NCBI RefSeq assembly: GCF_000485595.1 | Contig: NW_014577081.1 | Coordinates: 865,674 to 898,388 of the forward strand | DNA: 32,715 bases | From: Priapulus caudatus | Taxonomy: Eukaryota | Direction: 5' to 3' | Shown: positions 11,207 to 23,630 of the stretch, in pieces | Position numbering within the stretch: position 1 is the first letter of the stretch | How the letters are laid out: each line of letters starts with the position of its first letter | Notes under the pieces: model-generated | The model's database searches: none | What the model saw: the letters and a program-made list of their open reading frames with translations, nothing else | Told to the model about the DNA's origin: nothing | Made by a program: the position numbers and the translations under genes

Positions 11207-13347
11207 CACAGACACTTTGCAACGTCTCAATGAAAAAAAAAGGTAAATAAAAATGTTATTTACTACTAGTCTTAATTGTTTCTCTACTCTATTTCGCCTA
11301 GGTATTATTGCGCATAATTACCCGTAAATGCCGCGTCAAATGCCTCACTGCAACACACAAGCTACACCGCAGGCACCGCCCTTGCGCACAAGCTCTCTAT
11401 TCATGTTGTTTGTGCACAGGCGGGCGTGCGGCGTACTTGTGCAGATGGAGTCGTTGTCGTATCAGGTACTACAGATATGTACCCGAGGTAGCTCTAGTAC
11501 TATAGCCGCTTACATTAACTGCCGCTGGCTATAGAACGACCCATGGGGCATGCGATGGACCAACTTATCCCCGGATATATCCGGCTATTGAAACGTCTGT
11601 GGTAGGCAATTAATGCCTCTTATCCGAAGTGAATATGTCTTAAGTTATAGCCGCTACTAAAATTAAACCTCTAACTATCGTTGCAATGCGTATACTTGCG
11701 GTATTTCTGTGAACAACATTCGATTTGCGAACTTCAAACGGCCATTTCTGGCGGCGCTGCAGCAGCGCCAGTCAGCGGGAACTATGTATTTCCGCATGTG
11801 GAGGCGGTGGGCGGGTTGGGTGGGTTGTGGACAACAACATTGTTGTTGTCAGTAACAAATTAAGCGATCAAAAGAGATTGTAATATTAGTTTTGTCATGA
11901 AAGATGAACAAATTACTATTATTAATGTAATGAAGATAATAGTGTCATAAAAGGGAAAGTGGATTAAGAGAGAAGTCATTAGGAACAGTGGAAAACTACC
12001 GGCTAGCCTAAGGAATAGAATGTCCGGCAGGTCTTAGAAAACAATCGATCTTAGGGACGATTAGGATTAGTCGTGCTAAGATGGTCAGCCACGTAGAACG
12101 GTCACTCTGACCGTTCTAAAACATTCCATTAAAGCGCTCTGAAAACTCGCCGTCCAGGGACGTGGCGAAGGCCAATGCTGACGTCAGATAGCGGGCTAAT
12201 GTTCCCAAAAAAGAGAATAAATACCGTCGTACTGGACTCTAGAAGACAGTTCGCTGAACGCAGCGTCTTCGTAAGTATTAATAGGTCTATCGTATGAGTG
12301 CTCATCGTATCTGTGTCTCTCTCTCTTTAAACTATTTTGAGTCATTGTATTTTGTTTATTTACGGTGCTACCCTCTGTTTTGTCATATACATCCACTCTG
12401 TTGGTTGTTCTGTGAGAAAACACGTTAGTACAAACATACTCTGTACGTGAGAGAGACGGAGCACTATAGCTAAGGATACGTAGACCATTGATACATTTAT
12501 AACTAACCATCTGTAGACACGCAGGCAAGGCGTGCACTGTATTGCGTTTATCTAACACGACGAAACCCCTTGTATGTTGTTGTACTTAAATGGTGATAAG
12601 TATTAAATAGATATATATATATATGTTGTACGTACACATCTGGTTTTGTCTATCATTATATGCTAACCTCAGGTAATTACCCGCCCACAAGCAGGACCTG
12701 TGGTTTTAGAACATCGCATGGTATATACACTATACGTCACGAGCTACGATCACACACACACACCCACACACACACCTGAGCGTACACGTATACACGAGGC
12801 GAGAAACAAATCACTACATTAATTTGTTACTTGACAACAACAATGTTTTTGTCCACAACCAACACAACCCGCCCACCCCTCCACATGCGGAAATACATAG
12901 CTCCCGCTAACTGGCCGGAGTAAGTTGGTCCCGAGCATTCGTAATGGTTGATGCTATAGCCCAGCGGCAGTTAATGTAAGCGGCTATAGTACTAGAGCTA
13001 TATACCCGAGGTAGTTTTAGGTTGTTTAGCTATTATGTTTATATTTTATACGAGGTATGTTTGGGTTAGGGTTATAGGTTAGGGTTAGGGTTAGGGTACA
13101 CTTCTGTAGTACAAGTCTGGTACACTTTGTGTATACATATATGTACCTCGGGTACATATCTGTAGTACGGTACCTGATACGACAACGACTCCTTCAGCTG
13201 TACTTGTGTGTTGCAGATGAGCATTTGACCGGCATTTATGGGTAATTATCGGCAATAATAAGCGAAATAGAGTAGAGAAACATTAAGACTTTGGTAGTAA
13301 ATACATTTCGTGTTTATTTACCTTTTTTTACGTTCCAAGTGCCTGTG
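11207..13347. mobile_element. Nest of concentric MITE-like elements
   Basis: Four inverted-repeat pairs nested inside each other (11207/13347, 11447/13192, 11489/13000, 11768/12914) surrounding the solo LTR. Confidence 0.75.
11926..12818. mobile_element. Solo LTR (Ty3/Gypsy-like), 893 bp
   Basis: TG...CA ends with imperfect inverted termini TGTAATGA/TCACTACA; 4-bp TTAA target-site duplication (11922-11925, 12819-12822); absent from the duplicate copy, which has a single TTAA at about 18481. Confidence 0.8.
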
Positions 13348-15173
13348 CCTGTGGCTGTGCCTAAGAGTAAGACAGGTAACTTTGCGAAGATATAACTGAT
13401 AGTAAGTGATAAGCCATACCCGCCGAAACATACTCTACCGATTAAAATAATTCCACTATGCACGCTACTGTTTGCCATATTCACTCACCAACGCTTCCAT
13501 TGCATGCTAAAAGTTTCTCATAAACAAATTAACGCTGGTTTTTGTATTTTACTTTCTAAATAGTTCACATACTAAACACGCCGCTGGTTACGAAGTTCGA
13601 CCACAGCACCCCCTGGCCGCCGACGACGATAGCAGCGCCGTTAGCGCCGTTAGCGCTACAAATATACAAATTGTATAGATCTATAGAGACACAATCTATA
13701 TTATTTCTATCGCTACAAATAGTAATGTTTTGATCATATATATATATATCAAGAGCGTATTAAGAAAGTCTTCTTATATATTATATAGATATATAGATAT
13801 ATATAATATATATATATATTAGGCAGGGCGTAGCCAGTATGTAGCCACTGTAGGCCCGGGCCTACACTTTTTTTGGCCAAGTTATCTTTTTTTTTAAACA
13901 CCCATAATTCAAATCCATAAGCTTGCTGGACGAGTTTAAGAGTCTAGGCAGGAAAAACTATTGAATGAACGTAGCAAGAATATGGCTAAATTAGGTGACC
14001 ATTCTTCTGTCATCTAGGCTGTCATTTCTATCGCGTGCCGTTTCATTCAACACTCTACCGCCGAAAAAGACTAGGATCCGATCTTGTCAGTTTTTAACAT
14101 TTTAACTCGTTCGTACACTATTTTAACTCCGGTGCGTTTTTGGGTTTAAAAGTGATATTGAATTAGGTGTCTAAAGTTAGCAAGAGGTCAGGGAACCAGA
14201 ATGAACACTCGGGAAGGGCCGTTTCCGGCCATCTGGGGGGTTTGTAAAACCAAAAATACAAACCCAACTGTACGCGGGCTATAGTTACTAGAGCAAGATA
14301 CAAGCTACATAAATTTGTTATCAGAATTGCAAACATTGACATCTAAACTTATTATTTATAATGTTACTAATTTAAGAATAGTAATCTTAATATTGATATT
14401 ATTGTGTTGATAATAATTGCCAACAGAAAAATTGTTCAAATCAGACATTCTGCTTTATTTAAATAAATGCATGCTGACTGCTACAATGAGATGTGTACAC
14501 TTCCTCGCACCTGCGATTATTGCTGCCACCACATCAATGGTTATCAAAGTTAAATTAACCGTATTCACCGGCGTAACCTACCCGTCATGGAATCATGCAG
14601 CAAACGGATTCATCCAACAACACCCCGCAAAACCCACAATTCATGTCCTAAAGCGACAAGATATTGTAATAAATATGATCAACGTGCAGTTGTCTAGTGG
14701 CGCATATTTAAATGAGGTACTCATCATTGATTTTGTATTGCATGAATAGATCATTACCTAAATGAACAAGGACGGTCTAATGACGTACGTGTCAATAAAC
14801 GCACTGAAGCCATAGGCGGCGCTAGTTGCTGGCAGGTGGCGCATCAGGTAAGCCAATCCTTGACACCAAATAATTAAGGTCAGATCTAGTGTGAGATATT
14901 TAACTGGGGAAAATTGTACTAACATTTTTACTTCTATGTCTTTTTGGTGTTTTTATACCAGTTTTTGTACTGTTAAGATTGGCCACTTTGGATACCTCCC
15001 TCATCTGCATCAAGTGACTGCCCCGTCCATCTCCCGGCCTCCCCTTCCTCCACATGACGGCCTGTTCCCCCCCCCCGCATGATCGCAGCGGCACCCCCTT
15101 ACGGACTCTCTCTTCCTTCCTCTATATGTGAGAACCCATCTGTTTATTACAGTTGCATCATCGGAACAGTGAA

Positions 15174-15331
15174 TCACAATTCGTCAGGCACATGACGGGA
15201 GAATTGGCGTCTTCTCTCCTCTACCTCCACCTCTACGTCTACAGCAGTGCGGGACGGCGGCCGCCGCTCCTTCTCCATCACTCTCTGTAAGATCTTGTGA
15301 AGCACCGTTATCTGTCTTCCTTCCTGTGTCA
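15174..15331 (-). CDS. PHB-depolymerase-like last exon with C-terminal extension ending PDEL
   Basis: (M)TQEGRQITVLHKILQRVMEKERRPPSRTAVDVEVEVEERRRQFSRHVPDEL*; gttgcag acceptor; AATAAA on - strand at 15143-15148. Confidence 0.82.
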
Positions 15332-15584
15332 CTGCAACGTGTACGAGGGACGCGCCGTCAGACATGAAGGGCACGCCAGGTAAATGCGCCGTTGGCATCG
15401 TTACAACCTGACACGCTGCTCCAGCTAGTGGTTAGAGGGGGTCGGTTTGTTATTATTCGTCATTTTTCACTCATTATTATTGGGTTAGCAATGTCGATTT
15501 TTTATATTAGTATTTATAACTTAATAACATTAAATTAGTGAAATTATAGGCAAATTAATAATAATAGCTTTTATGATCACATAC

Positions 15585-15739
15585 TGTACGCCAAGCCGGT
15601 GTATCCCCACCAATCCCAGCAGCCTGTCGGGTTAAATTTATCTATCGGTAGAGCCTGGGGATACAGGATGATGATGTTATTCAACTCTCCGACTTCGTTG
15701 TAACCGGCGTTGTTGTTGAAGTCGTCGCCAACCAGGTCT
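15585..15739 (-). CDS. PHB-depolymerase-like penultimate exon
   Basis: DLVGDDFNNNAGYNEVGELNNIIILYPQALPIDKFNPTGCWDWWGYTGLAY; diagnostic IILYPQ and NPxGCWDWWGY motifs. Confidence 0.93.
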
Positions 15740-15852
15740 CTGGTAATGTCGCGCAGCAGGAGAAGAAACGAAACCATGAATATCTGCTGCGCTCGGTTCA
15801 GTTTTAATACAGCGCTCATTTGTAATGGTTGCCTCCCCAGGCTCCTCTCGTA

Positions 15853-17696
15853 AGTCATACTTTGTACACAACATGCATACAGCAACATGTAAACCCGGCC
15901 TCCGTGATTTTGTCACCATTAGGAATAATTTGTGACCTCGTCGATTTCGCCAAAGCATAATCTTGACTTTTGTTTGGGAAACACCTTTACGATAATTAGA
16001 CACAATTTCTGGCTTCTGTGACATTATTAGAGTCAGTGCATCAAAATTATGAAAATTTTAACAAAATCATGCTATGAAATAGTAGCTCTGGCCAAGCTTA
16101 AAATAGCTCCCGTAAACAAAATTACGAGAGCTCTTTTTTTCCTACAAAATCAAAAAAGAGCTCTCGTAATAAAAAAAGTATTTTTTAGGCTGTACCTAAC
16201 GTAATGTGAATCCGCACTGTAGGCACTAAAGTCGGATGACACGACGCTGTCACAAATGCTTGATATGTGCACAACAACAGCTATTCTGTAGAAGCTGCAA
16301 GTTACCTTGTACTGCTTCTTCCTGCTCCCTCCGCTCTCCCTCCATCCTCTCGGCTAGTGACATGTCATCTCTCAGAACCGTGTAGTCATAGCGACGATAG
16401 TGCCTAAAACACAAGATGGAGAACAAGCCATGCAGGCAAATATAATTGTAAACAGATCAATCTCTTATTACATCAACTTCAAGTATTATGGTGAAATCAG
16501 TACCACACCACCTACAGGTGTGACTTTGCAACATCTGTGATGCTGAGAGGTCAAAGGTAACTGCTTACATGCATCTCCACATCAGCCAGGCAAAGATAGC
16601 CAATGTAAGCAGTGAGAGCAAGACCAGTAGGACGATCGCCTGCAAGACACATTACGTCTGTAGTCAGTAACAGTGCAAATTAAGGCGGGCATTGATGAGC
16701 TACATTTGGTATTGTGATGATTTCACCTGGCAACGCGACTGGTAGCGCATGGATGTGTTTATGAGGAACTCTATTATGGACTCTTGATATTTAGCAAAAA
16801 AACAACAACAACAAAGTTCCGGTATTTGGCCATTTTAGATCGTCTGCAGCTGCTTTATTAGTTTGGAAAAATTAGGGCTTATATTTTGAAACTTTTTGTC
16901 CATTTTCATAAAAATATTGATTATTTTGGTTCAACCTAATTTTTTCAAATTACGTGTTCAAAGTTACCCCAGTTGACGGTACCGTAAAATACTTATGTTG
17001 TAACAAAACCGGGCAATACTAAAAGCCTCGGATACTAGTACTATAGTATACTTAGTAGGTATTTGTGGAATTTGTGGTAGTATTAAATTAGTGTTTGCAG
17101 AGGAGCTGCACGTGCACTATAATGCAATCAATTCTAAAATGAGAAGGATACACCGGCACGTGTCACGTGCACACCCAACCACACTCTCCGTGACGCTGGC
17201 ACTATGGCTCATAGGGTCTATGTCCCCCCGGGTACTGCCGGAACGTACCCTGGTAACTATTTGATATGGTTAGGGTTAGGGTTAGGGTTAGGGAGTAGGC
17301 GTAGGTGACTCTCTAGACTCGTTAGTGGAGTAGGCAAGGTACGGTCCGGCATATTAGATAGTACCAGGGTACGTTCCGGCAATAGCCTGGGGGACATAGA
17401 CCCTCTCAGCGGCACTATGTACACAACATTAGTTCCAAGAAACGGTCTTGCTAGGGTTAGAAGACCGTATAGACAATCGGTCACACCACAGGCACTTGAA
17501 ACGTCTCAATAAAATAAAAAAAAGGTAAATAAACACGAAATGTATTTACTACCAAAGTCGTACTCTATTTCACCTATAATCACCTCTTTCACCTGTAAAT
17601 GCCGGTCAAATGCTCATCTGCAACACACAAGTACACCGCACGCCAGCTGCTGCACACTGACACATAACTATATATTTATGTGTCAGTGTGCAGCAG
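15853..17696 (+). repeat. Direct duplicate of 9105-10974 (includes frameshifted copies of Slob 5' exons)
   Basis: Colinear match from agtcatactttgtacacaac to gtgtgcagcag with many 1-bp indels; ends at N gap 17697-17706. Confidence 0.92.
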
Positions 17697-17706
17697 NNNN
17701 NNNNNN

Positions 17707-19434
17707 GAAGATAGAGGGTTGAACGATTAGAAGTAAAGCTTGGGACAAAAACAGCCGTTAGGAATTTGTCTATGAGAAACTTTGCAGCAGAGGGAAGCTG
17801 TGTGTGGAGGTGAATATGGCAAACAGTAGCGTGCATAGTGGAATTATTTAATCGGTAGAGGATGTTCGGCGGTATGTGCTTATCACTTACTATTATCAGT
17901 TATATCTTCGCAAAGTTACCTGTCTTACTCTTAGGCACAGCCACAGGCACAGGCACTTGGAACGTCTTTATAAAAAAAGGTAAATAAACACGAAAGTATT
18001 TACTACCGAAGTCTGTAATGTTTCTCTACTCTATTTTCGCTTATTATTGCCGATAATTACCCGTAAATGCCGGTCAAATGCTCATTTCTGCAACACACAA
18101 GTACAGCTGAAGGAGTCGTTGTCGTATCAGGTACCGTACTACAGATATGTACCCGAGGTACATATATATGTATACACAAAGTGTACAGACTTGTACTACA
18201 GAAGTGTACCCTAACCCTAACCCTAACCCTATAACCCTAACCCTAAACATACCTCGTATAAAAATATAAACATAATACTAAACAACCTAAAACTACCTCG
18301 GGTATATAGCTCTAGTACTATAGCCGCTTACATTAACTGGCGCTGGCTATGCATCAAGCCATTACGAATGCTCGGACCAACTTACTCCGCCAGTTAGCGG
18401 GAGCTATGTATTCCGCATGTGGAGGGTGGGCGGGTTGTGTTTGGTTGTGGGACAAAAACAGTTGTGTGTCAGTAACAACATTAATAATAGTAATTTGTTC
18501 ATCTTTCATGACAAAAATAATATTACAATCTCTTTTTGATCGCTTAATTTGTTACTTGACAACAACAATCGTGTTGTCCACACCACCCCAACCCGCCACC
18601 CCTCCACATGCGGAAATACATAGTTCCCGCTGACTGCGGCCTGCTGCAGCGGCCGCCAGAAATGGCCGTTTGAAGTTCGCAAATCGAATGTTTGTTCACA
18701 AGAAATACCGCAAGTAACCATTGCAACGATAGTTAGAGGTTTAATTTTAGTAGCGGCTTATAACTTAAGACATATTCACTTCGGATAAGAGGCATTAATT
18801 GCCTACACAGACGTTTCATAGCCGGATATAATCGGGGATAAGTTGGTCCATCGCATGCCCACATGGGTCGTTCTATAGCCAGCGGCAGTTAATGTAAGCG
18901 GGCTATAGTACTAGAGCTACCTCGGGTACATATCTGTAGTACCTGATACGACAACGACTCCATCTGCACAAGTACGCCGCACGCCGCGCCTGTGCACAAA
19001 CAACATGAATAAGAGAGCTTGTGCACAGGGCGGCGTGCGGTGTACTTGTGTGTTGCAGATGAGCATTTGACGCGCATTACGGGTAATTATCGCAATAATA
19101 GCCTAGGCGAAATAGATGTAGAGAAACATTAAGACTAGTAGTAAATACATTTTATTTACCTTTTTTTTTCATTGAGACGTTGCAAGTGTCTGTGGTCTTA
19201 GGCCTACTAATGTACTATGGCCGTGTTGTTAGCCGACCGGAGGCTGTGCGAGCGCCACAGCACTTGGAGCGTTTCAATAAAATATAATGGTAAATAAATA
19301 CGAATCTATTTACTACCAAAGCCTTAATGTTTCTCTACTCTCTTTCACCTATTATTGCCGACAATTTCCTGTAAATGCCGTCCAATGCTCATCTGCAACA
19401 CACTGTCACATGCTGGCCGCCGCAACGCGTAGCT
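17707..19434 (-). repeat. Inverted duplicate of ~10971-13580 lacking the solo LTR
   Basis: Reverse-complement matches throughout (e.g. 17825-17890 vs 13402-13470; 19385-19432 vs 10973-11020). Confidence 0.9.
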
Positions 19435-20316
19435 TTGCTTGTTAATGTGTGTACGTGCAGGGTGAGCTTGTGCTAGCATGCCATAACCTGCAGTGTTGGC
19501 CCTTCAATTCAATCGGCTGACAGTACAGAATGCCATAGAAAGTATACGATTTAAGGAGCATAAACCTTCTTCAAGCAAATTTAGCTTTTGAAATTTGACT
19601 GTGACATTGTAGCCTCATACATCCAAGCATGTATAGATTCTACTAGCAAACCCAGCAGTCAAATTCTTTCTAACACAGTAACAGTTAACAAATCCATGTT
19701 TAAATCCCTCCTCTTGAGGGTCAAAAGGTTATCAGACACTTACTCTTCGCACATCAGCGGAAAGCACATTTCATGGTCCTTTCAATAAAGCCATAAAAAT
19801 GCTAGGTCACTGCTGAAACAAAAAAGTTTTCCAATCGCTCCGTCACACCATGTCTTCAGAAAATGTCTAAAATCTGCCCTGTGCCCCATTGACCTTTGAC
19901 CTGTGACCTCCAATTTCGGCACAGTGATGGCTTTTCCTACCATGATGCTATACACCGACTACCACTAGGGTCAAGAGGTGTAAAAGAAGGGGGAACATTC
20001 CCTCCTTAACTTAAGGTATAGGGAGGAAATGCAGAATTGCGGCACAAATCTAAACGGCTTTGACCTTTGACCCCAAGCTTCGACATCCCAACTCGTTTTG
20101 ACGATCCCCCCCAACGTCCCGAATATCGTGACCGTACGTCGAGCGGTTAAGATTTGTGCCCAACTGTTGACGCACGGACGGACGGACGGACGGACGGACG
20201 GCCGGACGCACGCACGGACGGACGGACGATCGTGCGATTCTACAAGCTGCATCTGACTTCGTCAGATGAGCTAAAAACAGTGACGTCATTACTAGTTGTG
20301 TTCGATAATGACGTAC

Positions 20317-20422
20317 CTGATTGATCACGGCAGGCGCTCGGTACGTAGCCAGCACCGAATCCGCTCATAGATATCGCAACGTTGGAATCGTCAAAGTATT
20401 CTCTCTGGTCGAACTCTATGAA
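20317..20422 (-). CDS. PHB-depolymerase-like exon 8
   Basis: FIEFDQREYFDDSNVAISMSGFGAGYVPSACRDQS; FDQ..Y and YVPxxC motifs. Confidence 0.88.
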
Positions 20423-20714
20423 CTGTAACAGCACATCCCCCCACAGGCAAACACATGACGTCATCAGCTATGCAACTGTAGAGTTCTATTGCTCTCTAAG
20501 ATTTGTAGAACATATTCAATAGCATTCCTATTACAAAGGTTCTTATATAATTATTATATTATCATAATTATGTATATATCTTCTTATATATATATATATG
20601 TATATATACTTGCGTTACCGTCTTTGCTACTGACCATAGATTTTGCCGTAAAACAGAATTTATAACGTGTATTGTTTACGCGTTCACTGGGTAACAGTCT
20701 GAGCAATGACATAC

Positions 20715-20747
20715 CTCTCCCTTTAATTCCACGTCACTAGACGGTTT
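20715..20747 (-). CDS. PHB-depolymerase-like exon 7 (33 nt)
   Basis: KPSSDVELKGE; tttttccccgcag acceptor, gtatgt donor; phase 0/0. Confidence 0.75.
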
Positions 20748-21097
20748 CTGCGGGGAAAAATCAATCGAAACAATTCTCATATTGAGCGGCAGTTATCGAT
20801 TACACACGTGGATTTTCATTTAGCTCAATTAATGGCGTGCGATGTGACGTCATGCTATCATTTAGTATCAAACACGATATACTACTGTAAATAAATTTTA
20901 GGGGTCATGTCCACGAATGATAGAGAATTTTTGTGACGCGAAAAAGCAAATTTTCATCTATCTGTCATTCGTGAAAATATGGGTCCTTTATTTATGATGA
21001 AGCAACAAACAGGATCACGGCTAGAGAGAGGAGCTGGGAAGGAACTCTCCCCGCGCGGATGTCGCAACCGTAACTGGGTTTGTATCGACGGCCGCAC

Positions 21098-21208
21098 CTC
21101 TAAGTGTCCGTAGATGTGGCTGAGAAGAGCGTAGGCGGTGTTGTAGCCACAGTTGTTGAGCAAAGGACGCCGGCTCTCCCTGCACTCACAGCCGTGACTC
21201 TCTGTGGG
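21098..21208 (-). CDS. PHB-depolymerase-like exon 6
   Basis: PTESHGCECRESRRPLLNNCGYNTAYALLSHIYGHLE; fits the PT...C...P...NCxY...L..IYG.L pattern. Confidence 0.9.
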
Positions 21209-21381
21209 CTGAAAATCCCAAATAGTCAAGAAAACATATTCATCTAAGTTCATTCTCAGTTAGGTGTAGGCGCTGGGTAGTAATTCGGGTCCAAGTTATA
21301 ATTAATCCCGTGTTAGATGGAGCCGATAGCAAGAGTGTATGTGGGCGCGCCCTTCTCAGCTCTATACGTGCGTGTTCTTAC

Positions 21382-21473
21382 AATTCCGTGGCCTGCTGCT
21401 ATCTCGTACTCTGCCTTCACGTTCTCGGCTGGTAGAAAAAATTCGTAGAATTCCTGCGTTTTTTTCACCACTT
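21382..21473 (-). CDS. PHB-depolymerase-like exon 5 (catalytic His)
   Basis: (E)VVKKTQEFYEFFLPAENVKAEYEIAAGHGI; cttgcag acceptor, gtaaga donor. Confidence 0.88.
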
Positions 21474-21700
21474 CTGCAAGAGCAGCAATTAATTATTATT
21501 GATGTGGCTGTCTTTATTGTTGTTAATTATTACGGTTTTTGCTGCTGCTGTTGTTTTGTTACAAGCCAAGTATTAATTTAATTTAAGCTTTAGTGTTTTA
21601 AATTTTTGTTATTTTACGTGTTTCTGGATAATTAACTGCTCAAAATAAGCAAATATGAATCAATAAATAAATAAATAAATGAGTGAACTTTTTATCGAAC

Positions 21701-21823
21701 CTGGGTTAACTCGCTCATCGTGTTTTCCAGCCAGCAGGAAAACCTTAGCCTTTTCCAGGTGTTCAGGGTTATCAATGTGTTCCATGTCACCGAGGGCAAA
21801 GGTCATGTCAACAAGCTGCATGG
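21701..21823 (-). CDS. PHB-depolymerase-like exon 4 (catalytic Asp)
   Basis: (A)MQLVDMTFALGDMEHIDNPEHLEKAKVFLLAGKHDERVNP; contains the IDxxxxL and GxxDxxV motifs. Confidence 0.88.
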
Positions 21824-23338
21824 CTGCAAGTGTCACATTAATTACCACTAAATACACAATAACTAAAATAATCTACAGTACGAATTAATTAACTAACATA
21901 AACCATTTAAAAAAATACACAAATTCAATTATTTACTATATTGTATGAAACTCGACAAAACCGTGAATGTCAACACACACACCCACACACCCGCCACACC
22001 GGCCACACACACCACACCACACACACACATGCCATTTGTATTGTGATAAAGATTACCGAAAAGGGTGTCGCACATGCAGATCATAAAAATCAAGAAAACA
22101 ATAAAGCAGAAAACCAATCTTGGTGTTAGAGGGCTGATACCAAAATAATTTTGGTCGGGATTTATTATTGTTAATGGTCCCAAGGTCATCAATAATTATG
22201 CGTGTATTACATATCATCATTTGCAATGGAATAATTACATTATTAAATAATGCTATTACTAACAGTCTCCCACTTTTTGCGTGAATATAAGCTCGTGTTC
22301 ACAGCTTAATCCTGAAATAAGTGTCTAATGTGAGATGATATTCCTAAGCCTTTCATAAACAGATATTCTCTTGAATGAATTTCTGCAATTAGAATTATTT
22401 AATATACAGAAAAAAAACGTGTTAAAAAAGAAACGGTACCTAATTTTATAAGACATCCGCATTATTCTTAAAAACGGTTGTGCTGATCATTATATAATGC
22501 TCTCAATGCAACTTGAATGAAATGCAGTGGCAAAAAAAGAAAGTCAATCAGGGAAAGCGTCAAATTGTTGACGCACAGTATCACAAACAATTAAACGGCT
22601 TCTGCACTTCCAAACGACACACAATCGCCACACCACGCCACACACGCACACACACCACACATGAGCACGACACAACAGACACACACACACGCACATCAAC
22701 CACACCCACACCACACACACACACACGACACACCAGCACTCAGCACAGTCTACACACTTACATACAAATATGGGAAATATCCGTGGGACATGGTCCCCCT
22801 GTCACACCTGGTTATGCGCCCTGGCGGACCACGCACCAAGCACAGTTGCCTACTACCCGCGCACGCTGGCAACATTCCGAATGACCGAACGCATGTAGCC
22901 AGCACGCACCTGCACGCACGCTAACGCACATACAAACTCCAACACCCGCCGCGTGCGCAAAATGCGTTTAAGAAGCATAGGGGACGCGGCGAATATTACG
23001 CAAATCTATAAATCAGATTATTGGCAGCTGATTTATTAGTGACGTAATGCAAGAAAGATGTTTGCTTGCTTGATAAGAATAGTTAGCAGTTGGGCTACGT
23101 GGGCGAGGCGGGATGGCGGATGGAGCTAGGTACCATGAGTTTCATAAGGTGGTCAACGGAAATGAACAGGTGCCGTAATGCTATGATGAGCGATGCTGAA
23201 TTTTATAGTGCATACGAACTGACTCATAAGAAAATTTGGGGGCGAGTAGAAAAATCACGTAGCTGACTCGGTGAATATAGGAGGCCTTATATATAGTTGA
23301 GAAAATCGCGTACAGCCATTTAAGGGAGAAAGTTATTC

Positions 23339-23580
23339 AGAGAGAGAGGAGAGAGACGAAGAGAGAGAAAGAGAGAGAGAGAGGAGATCAGACGAGAGAG
23401 AGAGAGAGGAGGAGAAGAGAGAAGAGAGAGAGAGAAGAGAGGAGAGAGAGGGAAAGGGCAGAGATAGAGAGAACATAAGTAAGAAAACGATGTAGAAAGA
23501 GAAAGGCGAGGAGGGGAAGGAGAGCGAGAGAGACAGTATAATATATATTACTATAATAATATATATTATTATATATATAC

Positions 23581-23614
<34 letters not shown>

Positions 23615-23630
23615 GAGAGAGAGAGAGGAG
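23339..23630. repeat. Noisy (GA)n tract
   Basis: Seen directly; a (CT)n tract also occurs at 24535-24722. Confidence 0.85.

Noticed and set aside
12196..12558. 120-aa ORF within the solo LTR
   Set aside because: No gag, pol or env motifs; likely a chance ORF.
15577..15888. Bacterial contamination or recent horizontal transfer explaining the depolymerase
   Set aside because: The gene has about ten spliceosomal introns containing host-type repeats; any transfer would be ancient.
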